Shown: positions 49,879 through 59,215 of the stretch, in pieces
Layout of the letters: each line of letters starts with the position of its first letter
Numbering within the stretch: the stretch's first letter is position 1
From: Patescibacteria group bacterium
GTDB taxonomy: Bacteria; Patescibacteriota; Minisyncoccia; Phycocordibacterales; EsbW-18
Direction: 5' to 3'
DNA: 64,000 nt
Assembly: GCA_038064475.1 (NCBI GenBank)
Contig: JBBTTA010000002.1
Span: 83,195 to 147,194, forward strand
The notes under the pieces: model-generated
Database searches by the model: none
Seen by the model: only the letters and a program-made list of their open reading frames with translations
Told to the model about the DNA's origin: nothing
Position numbers and translations under genes: made by a program

Positions 49879-50172
49879 GTTGTTTCTCCTTTGTGGTCAG
49901 TTTGATTCTTTGTTGTAAAAGAACCACCGTATTTGTGGGTGAATATACGGAAATCTAAAAGTTAGATTATAGTAAAATCTACATCTTGTCAAATGATTGC
50001 TGACTCCATAAACCCCTACCTACAGGGCCGCCGGGGTTATGTGCAACAAAATGGATATTCAGGTCACTCCGACTAGTGTATAGACACAACACACAAAACA
50101 AATATCTTCCCCGCCTTCGCTCGTCTTCAGCGGACTGCGTCACGCCGAAGCCGAGCTACTACGAGGCGAAGG

Positions 50173-50257
50173 CGGAGACGGTGGGATTCGAACCCACGAA
50201 GGCTTTCACCTTACCTCCTTAGCAAGGAGGCACATTCGACCACTCTGACACGTCTCC
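50173..50257 (-). tRNA. tRNA-Ser (anticodon GCU), long variable arm
   Basis: ggagacg acceptor. Loop UUGCUAA. Variable arm taaggtgaaagccttc. T-arm gtgggttcgaatcccac. Confidence 0.85.
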
Positions 50258-50364
50258 AATAAAAGCCAGATTAGCATATTTGAGCTCCTTTTTCTATTTT
50301 ATTGACTTGCTATAGCGAAACTGTATAATTCGGTCAGAAGTAAATCCCTAAGGAGAGGTCGCAC

Positions 50365-50919
50365 ATGGAAAAAGAACAGGAACTCAGTCCAGGACGTGCT
50401 GTTTTTCAGGTGGTGGCAACCCTTGGTCTCATTGGCTTTTTTGGTTGGTGGCTCTTCGGTTCAATCTCAGCAGCCAAAAAGGAAGGCGCGCGCTACAGCA
50501 ATACGATCTACACAAGGACCGGAGTAGCGGTGGCAGATGCGCGTGTGACAGTCACGACCATCGGAAGAACGGCTGATCCGGCCGGAAATGCAATCGGCGG
50601 AGCTCTGACGGCAAAGATGCTCGGTCTTCCCGGAACCCTCGGGGCGATTGCTGGAGCCTCGAGCGCTTCGAATGTCCCCGCGATCCAAGGCAGGATTACT
50701 GCCTGTGTGTTCTTTCTGAAGATTGAAGGAGAAGGGACCTTCCGATTCATGCCCAATTCCATGTTCGACGGCGAAGAAGGTCTGAACTGGTGCTCGCTGG
50801 TGCGAGCTGGTGATCAATTCCACATCGAGATCACCAAACGGTTCAGAGATGGGAAAGAGATACTCGAAGATCTCCAAGTCTTTGGGCCCCGAGGCCTCGA
50901 GGGGCACCCTATCCCCTGA
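50365..50919 (+). CDS. Hypothetical membrane protein in a GC-rich (~56%) segment next to tRNA-Ser
   Basis: 184 aa, N-terminal TM. Terminator gcggccgtcatagaaatctatgccggccgc at 50929-50958. Confidence 0.45.
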   Translation: MEKEQELSPGRAVFQVVATLGLIGFFGWWLFGSISAAKKEGARYSNTIYTRTGVAVADARVTVTTIGRTADPAGNAIGGALTAKMLGLPGTLGAIAGASSASNVPAIQGRITACVFFLKIEGEGTFRFMPNSMFDGEEGLNWCSLVRAGDQFHIEITKRFRDGKEILEDLQVFGPRGLEGHPIP

Positions 50920-50978
50920 ACAACAACGCGGCCGTCATAGAAATCTATGCCGGCCGCTTTTTCATTTATACTACCGAT

Positions 50979-51800
50979 ATGCAGAAAAATGTTTTTCAGA
51001 AAACTGTCTGGCATTACTACAAAAAACACGGCCGTTCGTTGCCGTGGCGCCCCCCTACGCTAAAACTTCGGGGGGTCAACACTGCGTATAAAATACTTGT
51101 ATCTGAGGTAATGCTTCAGCAAACACAAGTAGATCGCATACTCCCCAAATACAAGTTATTTGTTAAGAAGTTTAAAAGTTTTGAAGAGCTTGCAAAGGCA
51201 ACAACATCCGACGTTATAAAAGAGTGGCAAGGACTTGGCTACAATCGCCGCGCGCTTAATCTTAAGCGTGCAGCTGAGGTCGTAGTAAAAGAACACAAAG
51301 GAAAACTTCCTCGCGACTATGATCAACTCGTCGACCTGCCTTCAATTGGTCCTTACACGGCAGGAGCACTTCTTACATTCATCTGGAATGAACCAATGGT
51401 ATGTATCGAAACAAATATTCGCACGGTCTATCTCCACCATTTTTTCAAAGACAAAAAAGGTATCTCGGATAAAACACTTGAAAACCTCCTAGCAGAAACA
51501 CTCGACGCAACAAACCCTCGTGAATGGTATTACGCCCTCATGGATTACGGTTCATATCTCAAGAAAACAATTGGCAACCCAAATACAAAGAGCAAACACT
51601 ATACAAAGCAATCAAAATTCAAGGGCTCGAACCGAGAACTCCGTGGCACAATTCTTCGCCTCCTTTCAAAATCACCCGCAACGGAAAAGAAAATTATTGC
51701 TGAGACAAAAAGAAAATCTATTGAGGTGCGACAAGTGCTCCAAACACTTATAAAGGAAGGCTTTATTTCAAAGACAAAAACATTCTTTGAACTCATGTAA
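50979..51800 (+). CDS. HhH-GPD base-excision glycosylase, MutY/Nth-like
   Basis: VSEVMLQQTQV, LPSIGPYTAGALL (HhH-GPD). No obvious C-terminal 4Fe-4S cluster. Confidence 0.65.
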   Translation: MQKNVFQKTVWHYYKKHGRSLPWRPPTLKLRGVNTAYKILVSEVMLQQTQVDRILPKYKLFVKKFKSFEELAKATTSDVIKEWQGLGYNRRALNLKRAAEVVVKEHKGKLPRDYDQLVDLPSIGPYTAGALLTFIWNEPMVCIETNIRTVYLHHFFKDKKGISDKTLENLLAETLDATNPREWYYALMDYGSYLKKTIGNPNTKSKHYTKQSKFKGSNRELRGTILRLLSKSPATEKKIIAETKRKSIEVRQVLQTLIKEGFISKTKTFFELM

Positions 51801-51960
51801 CTTGAAAAGAAAAAAGTGTCATATATATCTTGGTCCCCCAATACAGATTGATGCAAAAACAGAAGGAGGAGTTCAAGTGAACTAAATATACAAACCCCCC
51901 GCTCCGGCGAGCATACAAAAACCCACCGTATGGTGGGTTTTTGTATTAATCGATGGTTGT

Positions 51961-52554
51961 TTACAATTGTGTTTCTTTAAGTGCTCGATTTACTTCGGTC
52001 ACTGCCTGTCGACGCACCTTTTTCACCTCTTCAATGAGTGTTGGTGTAATCTTTGTTGTGTCCAAAAGAAATGCGTCCCACACTCCCCCTTCTTTAAGGT
52101 ACCCGAGCATATGGAGCACACGAAGCGCCGTTAAGACTTCAAGTGTCTTCAGTGCATCGATCGTAACATCATTTTTGAATACAAAATCAAACGCTGAACG
52201 AACAGTTGCATATAATTCTTGGTGCGCTTCTTCCCCAACAACAAGACGCCGCAAAAGCATACAGATACGCGTCACAAAGACACGCTTCGCAATATTGCCA
52301 CCACAGAGTGCAAAAAGAGAACCTTTTGCAGACACATTCGTCACACGCCATCCTTGTTTTGAACGCACAAATGAAACATCAATCAATGACATTTGTTGGA
52401 GCGATTGTCGCTGGAGCGATTTAAGATTACGCACACCACGACCCCGTGCAGACACCATACCGAGCTCTTTGGTAAAAATAGTAAAAAGGCGGTCGGATTC
52501 ACCGACATTTCGTGTGCGCACCACTATCCCCTCCGTGTGCAGTTTGGTATACAT
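51961..52554 (-). CDS. recO: DNA repair protein RecO
   Basis: N-terminal OB-fold region (GIVVRTRNVGESDRLFTIFTKELGMVSA). Confidence 0.75.
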   Translation of the reverse strand: MYTKLHTEGIVVRTRNVGESDRLFTIFTKELGMVSARGRGVRNLKSLQRQSLQQMSLIDVSFVRSKQGWRVTNVSAKGSLFALCGGNIAKRVFVTRICMLLRRLVVGEEAHQELYATVRSAFDFVFKNDVTIDALKTLEVLTALRVLHMLGYLKEGGVWDAFLLDTTKITPTLIEEVKKVRRQAVTEVNRALKETQL

Positions 52555-52608
52555 GAAGTAAGAAGGTAGATAGTAGAGAATAGAAAATAAAAAACAGAAA
52601 ACAGAGGA

Positions 52609-55600
52609 CTAAAGAAGTTTGAAAGTGAGTGGCTCACTTCCTGCATCGCCAACAGCGATGGTCATATCAGAAAGGTTTGTTGCTGCACAAATCTGATCTT
52701 TGTATTCTTCTGCAAGTGCAGTTGTTTCTTGTATTGCTGTCATGACTACATGCACCTTGTCTGATGGTGTGAGATTTGTTGTCTTTCGAAAGTCTTGAAG
52801 TGCTCGGATAAGGTCACGGAGGTCTCCCTCTTTCTTAAGCCCAGGTGTTATGTGTGTATCAAGTTCAACTTCCCAACCTGTACCGTCAGTAAATGCAATT
52901 TCTTTTACGTTTACTTCGTCTTTAATGATATTGAGGATGTCATCTATCTTTCTGATTTCTGATTTTGGATTGCGAATAGTGAGTCTCTGTAATGGCTGAC
53001 GAATCTTTACGCCTGCATTCATACGCGCTTCAAGTGCAAGAGAGACCGTACGGCGTGCTTCTGCCATGTGTTCAAGAAGATCCGCATCAACCTTCTTTGC
53101 TTCCGGCCACGCTTCAAGATGCACACTTTCAAGCGGTCCGTGCATATTTTCGTACAGTTCTTCAGCAAAGAATGGCGTCATTGGTGCCATGAGTTTTGAA
53201 AGCTCGAGAACTACGTATCGTGTTGTCGAGAGCGCAAAGAGTTTGTCTTCACCCTCATCTTTGAAGCGATCCCGGGATCGTCGGACGTACCATGTTGAAA
53301 GATCATTAATGAAGTCGCGGATATCGCGAGCAGGCTCATATGTTCGATAGTTTTCGAAATGCTCCGTCGTTGATGTTATAAGTTCGTTTAAACGCGCGAG
53401 AATCCACTTGTCCAATACATTTTTGCTTTTCTCATGACTTATGACTTGTGACTCATGACTTGCATCATGTGCATACAACTGATAAAACTTCACGACGTTG
53501 CGAAGAACGGTAAATACTTTCTTCACACCTTCATCAACAGTACGCTCATCGAAATTCTTTGAGTCCCCTGGCTGGTTCACCGCAAACATCCAAAAACGCA
53601 ACGCATCGACACCATATTTTGAAATCATCTCCCATGGATTCACCACATTACCTAGTGATTTCGACATTTTTTTACCTTCTGCATCGAGGATGTGCGTCAA
53701 ACAAATGACGTTCTCAAATGCCCGACCACGGCCCATCAACACACCAACGGCGTGCAAGGTGTAGAACCAGCCGCGTGTTTGATCGATTCCTTCGCAAATA
53801 TAGTCTGCGGGATAGCCTTCTTTCTCAACCCATTTTTTGTTTTCAAATGGATAGTGATCTTGTGCGAACGGCATCGAACCAGAGTCGAGCCATGCGTCCA
53901 ATACTTCAGGTGTACGCTTCATATACATAGAACATTTTGGACAGCCGACAACATACTCGTCGATGTATGGCTTGTGGAGGTCGAGTTCAAATTTCTCATT
54001 GTGCGGCAGAGGAATAAATGGAAGTTCGTGCACCTCGGCTGTTTCTTTAAACATTTTTATGTCTTTCACAATCGTCGTTGCTGTCGCCTGTTCTGATGCA
54101 GCAAAAAGCATTTGTGCGGGTGCGCCGTGCGTCACGATGAGAATATTCTTACCATCGTACATATCTTCAGTTTCGTAGAGAAATTCCGTCACACGACGTT
54201 TAATGTCTTCGTGACTCTCCCCTCCTTCTGGACGCTTGGTGAACCAGTCACCGTCAGTGAAAAACATCGCGAGTTCGTGGAATGTCCTGCCATCAAGTTT
54301 TCCGAGTTTTAATTCACCTAAACGATCATCAAAAATAATCTGGTCTTCTTTGAGTCCATGTTCTTGTGCAATGATTTCCGCAGTTTCTGTCGTGCGTCCG
54401 TATGGTGATGCAAGGATAAGATCAATTTTTTCAATTTTTTTCGCAGCATGTACGACTTGCCTCTTCCCTTCCTCAGTCAACACATCAAATTTACTTCCTT
54501 TTTTTGATGAAGCGATGTTCTCGGCATTTGAAAGTGCTTCGCCATGACGCATGACGGTGTACGCATTTGTTGTGCCTTGTGCGAGTGCTGTCAAATCTGC
54601 AATAGAACCAACAACTTCACGATGCTTGCAGTGCTCACACGTCCAGACCGGCAAGGGTGTTCCCCAATAGCGATCACGTGACACCGCCCAATCTTTTACT
54701 TCACGAAGCCATTCTCCAAAACGTCCACCACGAATGTGTTCGGGTACCCAATTGATTTTCTCGTTTTCTTTGACGAGTGTGTCACGCAACTGTGACATAC
54801 CGATGTACCACGACGTACGTGCATAATAAATAAGTGGTGTTTTACAGCGCCAACAGAATGGATATGTGTGTGCGTGGCTCTCTTTTTTGAAGAAAAAGCC
54901 TTTATCCTGAAGGTATTTAAGGACAACAATAGCTGTTGCCAAACCATTATCTTCTTTATCTTTAACGGGCAGACCTTCAAGCTCTCCCGTGCCCTTGATA
55001 AAATGTCCTGTCTCGTCGACAAGATGCACTTTTGGCAAACCAATCTCCGTTCCCAGCACAAAGTCGTCCTGACCGTACATAACTGCAGTGTGTACGATTC
55101 CTGTTCCATCTGTCGTTGTGACAAAATCTGCTGCATATACTTTGTATGCTTTTTCGAGTTTTGGTTTTTCAGAGTCAGGGGCAATGTTATTTAAATATGG
55201 GAACAGTGGCTCATACGAAAGTCCGACGAGCTCTTTTCCTTTAATCGTGCGTCGTGTAGTCTGACCCTCGACCACACTCTTAGACACGTTATCTGCATAC
55301 TGTGACAAAATCTTGTCTCGAAGATCTCTTGCGAAAATAATAGTTTCTTTCAAATGTCGCTCTGTTTCAGGTGCGGAATCTACTTTTTGAGAAAGTTCCT
55401 CGATGTCATATTCGATATCTTCCCCAACAGCGAGCGCAACATTACCAGGAAGTGTCCATGGAGTAGTAGTCCAAGCTAAAAAATACACATTTTCTGCGTC
55501 CTGTCCGCATAGTTTCCGCGTTGATTCCGCATCTAATTTAAACTTCACATAGACCGAAAGATCTTTGATGTCTTGATATCCTTGCGCAATCTCATGACTC

Positions 55601-56190
55601 GAAAGCGCTGTCCCACAACGAGGACACCACGGCAATACTTTGTAGTCTTGGTACAAAAGTTTTTGCCTATCGACTTCTTTGATGACGTTCCAAACTGATT
55701 CAATATATGACGGATAGTATGTCACGTATGCGTCATCGAGATTAACCCAATACCCCATACGTTCCGTAAACGCACGCCACTCATTCATGTACTTCCACAC
55801 ACTCTCTTTACACTTCTCATTGAACGCAGCAATACCGTACTCTTCAATTTCTTTTTTCGATTTCAAACCAAGTATCTTTTCAGTTTCAATTTCTACGGGT
55901 AATCCGTGTGTGTCCCAACCCCCTTTGCGACGCACGTGAAAACCGCGCATTGTTTTATATCGCGGAATAACGTCTTTGAATGCACGAGAAATGAGGTGGT
56001 GAATCCCCGGACGACCGTTTGCTGTAGGTGGCCCTTCGTAAAAAATGAATTCTCCTTCTGGTGACTTCTTCGCGAGCGTTTTCGCGAAGATGTTGCGCTC
56101 ACGCCACTTTTGAAGCTGCGCATCTTCTTTTTGAGCATTTTCACCCGGATTGTACTCGCTCTCAAATGCCATAATACGCCAGTATAGCAC
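52609..56190 (-). CDS. ileS: Isoleucyl-tRNA synthetase (type 2) with an inserted PGAM-like histidine-phosphatase domain
   Basis: HIGH-like GIHHL and KMSKS. Editing domain. Insertion at about aa 541-715 (nt ~54046-54570) with RHGE...LIVTHG motifs. 1193 aa. Confidence 0.85.
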   Translation of the reverse strand: MLYWRIMAFESEYNPGENAQKEDAQLQKWRERNIFAKTLAKKSPEGEFIFYEGPPTANGRPGIHHLISRAFKDVIPRYKTMRGFHVRRKGGWDTHGLPVEIETEKILGLKSKKEIEEYGIAAFNEKCKESVWKYMNEWRAFTERMGYWVNLDDAYVTYYPSYIESVWNVIKEVDRQKLLYQDYKVLPWCPRCGTALSSHEIAQGYQDIKDLSVYVKFKLDAESTRKLCGQDAENVYFLAWTTTPWTLPGNVALAVGEDIEYDIEELSQKVDSAPETERHLKETIIFARDLRDKILSQYADNVSKSVVEGQTTRRTIKGKELVGLSYEPLFPYLNNIAPDSEKPKLEKAYKVYAADFVTTTDGTGIVHTAVMYGQDDFVLGTEIGLPKVHLVDETGHFIKGTGELEGLPVKDKEDNGLATAIVVLKYLQDKGFFFKKESHAHTYPFCWRCKTPLIYYARTSWYIGMSQLRDTLVKENEKINWVPEHIRGGRFGEWLREVKDWAVSRDRYWGTPLPVWTCEHCKHREVVGSIADLTALAQGTTNAYTVMRHGEALSNAENIASSKKGSKFDVLTEEGKRQVVHAAKKIEKIDLILASPYGRTTETAEIIAQEHGLKEDQIIFDDRLGELKLGKLDGRTFHELAMFFTDGDWFTKRPEGGESHEDIKRRVTEFLYETEDMYDGKNILIVTHGAPAQMLFAASEQATATTIVKDIKMFKETAEVHELPFIPLPHNEKFELDLHKPYIDEYVVGCPKCSMYMKRTPEVLDAWLDSGSMPFAQDHYPFENKKWVEKEGYPADYICEGIDQTRGWFYTLHAVGVLMGRGRAFENVICLTHILDAEGKKMSKSLGNVVNPWEMISKYGVDALRFWMFAVNQPGDSKNFDERTVDEGVKKVFTVLRNVVKFYQLYAHDASHESQVISHEKSKNVLDKWILARLNELITSTTEHFENYRTYEPARDIRDFINDLSTWYVRRSRDRFKDEGEDKLFALSTTRYVVLELSKLMAPMTPFFAEELYENMHGPLESVHLEAWPEAKKVDADLLEHMAEARRTVSLALEARMNAGVKIRQPLQRLTIRNPKSEIRKIDDILNIIKDEVNVKEIAFTDGTGWEVELDTHITPGLKKEGDLRDLIRALQDFRKTTNLTPSDKVHVVMTAIQETTALAEEYKDQICAATNLSDMTIAVGDAGSEPLTFKLL

Positions 56191-56235
56191 TTAAAATGGG
56201 GTCAGACCCCACCCTTGGGGGTCTGACCCCCGTTT

Positions 56236-57294
56236 TTATTGTGTTGTTTGTTGTCCGCTTTGGGGACGGATTTTTAAAGCCTCAAGTACGCGTCGATTGC
56301 GCATACTCATCAAAATAAGAGCGATAAGAACGGCAATACCGATAAGAACGAGAAGGCCCCCAATAATGAACGTCACCGGTGACGAGCCGAGCCCTTGCAG
56401 TCCGCCAACAATAACCTCAAACACTTGTGTTGCATCACTCGTCTCTCCTTCATTTAAAACTGAAGCCCAGAAGTAGTATCGTTTTGAGATAAAAGGAAAA
56501 AGCACACTGCCGACCGTCATTTCAGGCAATGTGTAGCCGACACCGCTGTCGCGACCGTACATGAATACAAAATTTCCTGCAGCATCACTTTCAATAGCGT
56601 ACTGCGATGGACTTTCTTTTTCTTTTTGCAAATACACCTGCACCTGTGCAGTTGGATATGTCACACCCTGTAAAAAGAGATCCCCCACTTGCGCAACGGT
56701 GCGCGAGTACTGCGTGATAACAGGAGGACGAATTTGAAGTGCTGCGTCCTCAACAAATGATCCCGATGCTCGTCGTTCAGGCAATTCTTCTCCCACATTT
56801 CCCTCTCCTCCGCGTAGTGATAAACGCGCACCTGAAAATGAATCGAGGATATTCGTTCCCTTACCGTCGTTTGCAAGAATAAGTCCCGATGAAAATTCTA
56901 TGTCAGCATTTCCCTCAGCGAGTACACGAAAATAGATTGTCGCAACTTTTCCTGTTCCTTGAAATCCAGGATTAAACATCAGCCCTTCAAAAAAAATTGT
57001 TTTTGCATTAAGCGCGACCGCTGGTTTGGAAACCCACAGATCAACAATTGACGTGTCCGTGTCAATTGAAACAGGTTCGAGTATTTTATTTGAAAAAGAA
57101 AATGTGCCCGACACTGCATTAACCGACCTTGTTTCGCTCGTCACGATAACGTCAACAGGAATGAGTGCGCCAACAACGTACGTTCCTTGCTCGGGACTAA
57201 TTGAAAGTGTTGCAGCCTCTACAGACGACGCCACGAGGAGCAAAAGCGCGATGATACTTATCCCTATCTTTGTGCTGTGTAGATATGGGTTCAT
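56236..57294 (-). CDS. Membrane-anchored surface protein with a cohesin-like domain
   Basis: Signal peptide. ATLSISPEQGTYVVGALIPVDVIV...VNAVSGTFSFSNKILEPVSI resembles the cohesin N-terminus. C-terminal TM plus basic tail. Confidence 0.5.
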   Translation of the reverse strand: MNPYLHSTKIGISIIALLLLVASSVEAATLSISPEQGTYVVGALIPVDVIVTSETRSVNAVSGTFSFSNKILEPVSIDTDTSIVDLWVSKPAVALNAKTIFFEGLMFNPGFQGTGKVATIYFRVLAEGNADIEFSSGLILANDGKGTNILDSFSGARLSLRGGEGNVGEELPERRASGSFVEDAALQIRPPVITQYSRTVAQVGDLFLQGVTYPTAQVQVYLQKEKESPSQYAIESDAAGNFVFMYGRDSGVGYTLPEMTVGSVLFPFISKRYYFWASVLNEGETSDATQVFEVIVGGLQGLGSSPVTFIIGGLLVLIGIAVLIALILMSMRNRRVLEALKIRPQSGQQTTQ

Positions 57295-57297
57295 GAG

Positions 57298-58386
57298 CTA
57301 TGCAGGCATTGAGGGCGGCAATGTACGCCACGGGTCTTGCTCCTGTTTTGGTGCAAACAGTTTACGACCACGAAGTACGGTATATACGAGAAGCGCAAGA
57401 ATAAGAAGGATGAGAAGCAAAACGATTCCCCCTATGAGAACCGACATTGGTGATGCGTCGATACCAAAGATACCCCCTACCGTCACATCAAAGAGTTGTG
57501 TCTGTTCGCTTTCTACTCCGTCGCGAACGACTGATGCCCAGAAATAATAGTGCTGTTTGAGAAATGGCAGAATTGCTGCAGACACCATACGTTCAGGTAA
57601 TGTTTCGCGTCCTCCACTGTCTCGCCCATGTACGTATACAAAGTTCCCCGCGGCGTCACTTGTAATACTGCGTTCAGTTGGCGTGTTGTCTTCATGCTGG
57701 AGCCATACCTTCACTTGTGAACTCTCGTACGTGATGCCTTGGAAGAAAAGTTTATTGATGTCAGCAACGCTAGGAGAATATTGCGTCACCACTGGCGGAC
57801 GTATGCGGTCGATAATACCGTCAACGGCGATATCCCCACCAGCGTCGTCTGTATCATCAGGTTCTTCATCCTCCCCGCCTGCACGCGCGATGAGCACGCT
57901 GTCACCAAATGATTCAAGAATATTTGTTCCTTGTCCATCATTCGCAAGGATAAGCCCGTTCTCAAAAGCAATTGACCCACTCCCTTCGGCGCGCACACGA
58001 AAGCGAATCGTTGCAACTTTTGCAAGATCATGTGATCCAGGGTTATGGATGAGTCCCTCAAAAACGATCGTCCCCTTGCTTTCAACGGCTGGTTTTGTAA
58101 TCCACAGATCAACCACTGATCCGTCAGAGATGATTGACATGGGCTCGAGCACTACTGGGTTGTATGACACAGTTCCTGATACGGCATTGATGAATTGAGT
58201 TCCACTGTCAACGACAATATCAACCGATACCGTTGAACCAACAACATAGGTACCACCTGAAGGGGTCAATGAAAGTGTTGCCGCATATGCAGTCGTGCCC
58301 GTAAGAAAGAATACCGCGCACAAAAAACTAAGGATGCCTAAGGTTGTTTTCTTATACGCTTCTTTTTGTGCGCAGACGTCGTGCAT
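57298..58386 (-). CDS. Cohesin-like domain surface protein (paralog)
   Basis: ATLSLTPSGGTYVVGSTVSVDIVV...VSGTVSYNPVVLEP. Acidic linker. C-terminal TM. Confidence 0.5.
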   Translation of the reverse strand: MHDVCAQKEAYKKTTLGILSFLCAVFFLTGTTAYAATLSLTPSGGTYVVGSTVSVDIVVDSGTQFINAVSGTVSYNPVVLEPMSIISDGSVVDLWITKPAVESKGTIVFEGLIHNPGSHDLAKVATIRFRVRAEGSGSIAFENGLILANDGQGTNILESFGDSVLIARAGGEDEEPDDTDDAGGDIAVDGIIDRIRPPVVTQYSPSVADINKLFFQGITYESSQVKVWLQHEDNTPTERSITSDAAGNFVYVHGRDSGGRETLPERMVSAAILPFLKQHYYFWASVVRDGVESEQTQLFDVTVGGIFGIDASPMSVLIGGIVLLLILLILALLVYTVLRGRKLFAPKQEQDPWRTLPPSMPA

Positions 58387-59212
58387 AACGAACCACCATC
58401 ACAAGGACAATAAGCCCGAGGAGGATGAGTACACCCCCTATCATACCCTTACCGCCCTCTGGTTTATACACCTCTTCTTGTACATTCCCCGCATTGTCAT
58501 ATGCGCGAACGGCAAAATGCGACGATAGCGTTTGATCTTGTACAACATACGGGCTTGCTGTAGAAACCCACATTGTGTATACATCGTCTCCGCGACCACG
58601 CTCCTGTACCTCGTAGTGATCAATACCTGTCTGTTTGTCATCTGTTGCAAAAATAAGAGCGTACAGTGGTTCTTCGGGTGTCATTCCTACATTTATAAGT
58701 CCAATTGAAAATGGCTCTGGGGGTATCGTGTCCGTAATCGCTGGATCCGCTGCTGCGCCGAGAACGACATCGCGAATGATACTCGTCGGTGCTATATCAG
58801 TCTGCGTACCCAAACCGTCGTCATAAAAAACCGACACATCGCCGATGTTGATAGAAATATTGCCAGATGCTGTTCCTTTGAACACAAGCGTCAACACTTC
58901 TCCTTTCCCTGTGAATCCGCCCGGTATTGTTCCTGAAAAAAAGAGTGCGTTGTCTTTAATGGTCAGCGGTGTCACCCACAAGCTCACAATTGACGCAGTA
59001 TCACGTACATCAGAAAGTAGTGCATCTCCGGAAACCGTAATCTGTCCTTCGATTGCGTTCACTGTTTCTCCCTCAGTGTCGAGCATAAGTGAAAAAGAAC
59101 GCTCGCCGTTCTCTGGTATCACTCCTTCCTCAACCAGCAGGATTGCCGCAGATGCGTGGAACGCTCCGAAGAAAAGAAAAAGTATGAAAATGTACGTAAA
59201 AAATCGTTGCAT
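58352..59212 (-). CDS. Cohesin-like domain surface protein (third, diverged paralog)
   Basis: Same signal / beta-domain / C-terminal TM plus RRLRTKR architecture. Confidence 0.45.
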   Translation of the reverse strand: MQRFFTYIFILFLFFGAFHASAAILLVEEGVIPENGERSFSLMLDTEGETVNAIEGQITVSGDALLSDVRDTASIVSLWVTPLTIKDNALFFSGTIPGGFTGKGEVLTLVFKGTASGNISINIGDVSVFYDDGLGTQTDIAPTSIIRDVVLGAAADPAITDTIPPEPFSIGLINVGMTPEEPLYALIFATDDKQTGIDHYEVQERGRGDDVYTMWVSTASPYVVQDQTLSSHFAVRAYDNAGNVQEEVYKPEGGKGMIGGVLILLGLIVLVMVVRYARRLRTKRSV

Positions 59213-59215
59213 ATA

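Larger units (their letters stand above)
48224..50190 (-). mobile_element. GC-rich genomic island inserted at the tRNA-Ser 3' end; bounded by a 20-nt direct repeat ggcggagacggtgggattcg (48224-48243 and 50171-50190); cargo is a viperin-like radical SAM gene plus a small ORF; no integrase seen
   Basis: Direct repeat read directly. Right-end junction ..cgtgacc|gaatcccaccgtctccgcc matches the family seen at tRNA-Asp and tRNA-Met. Island GC is about 55-57% versus about 45% in flanks. Confidence 0.5.
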
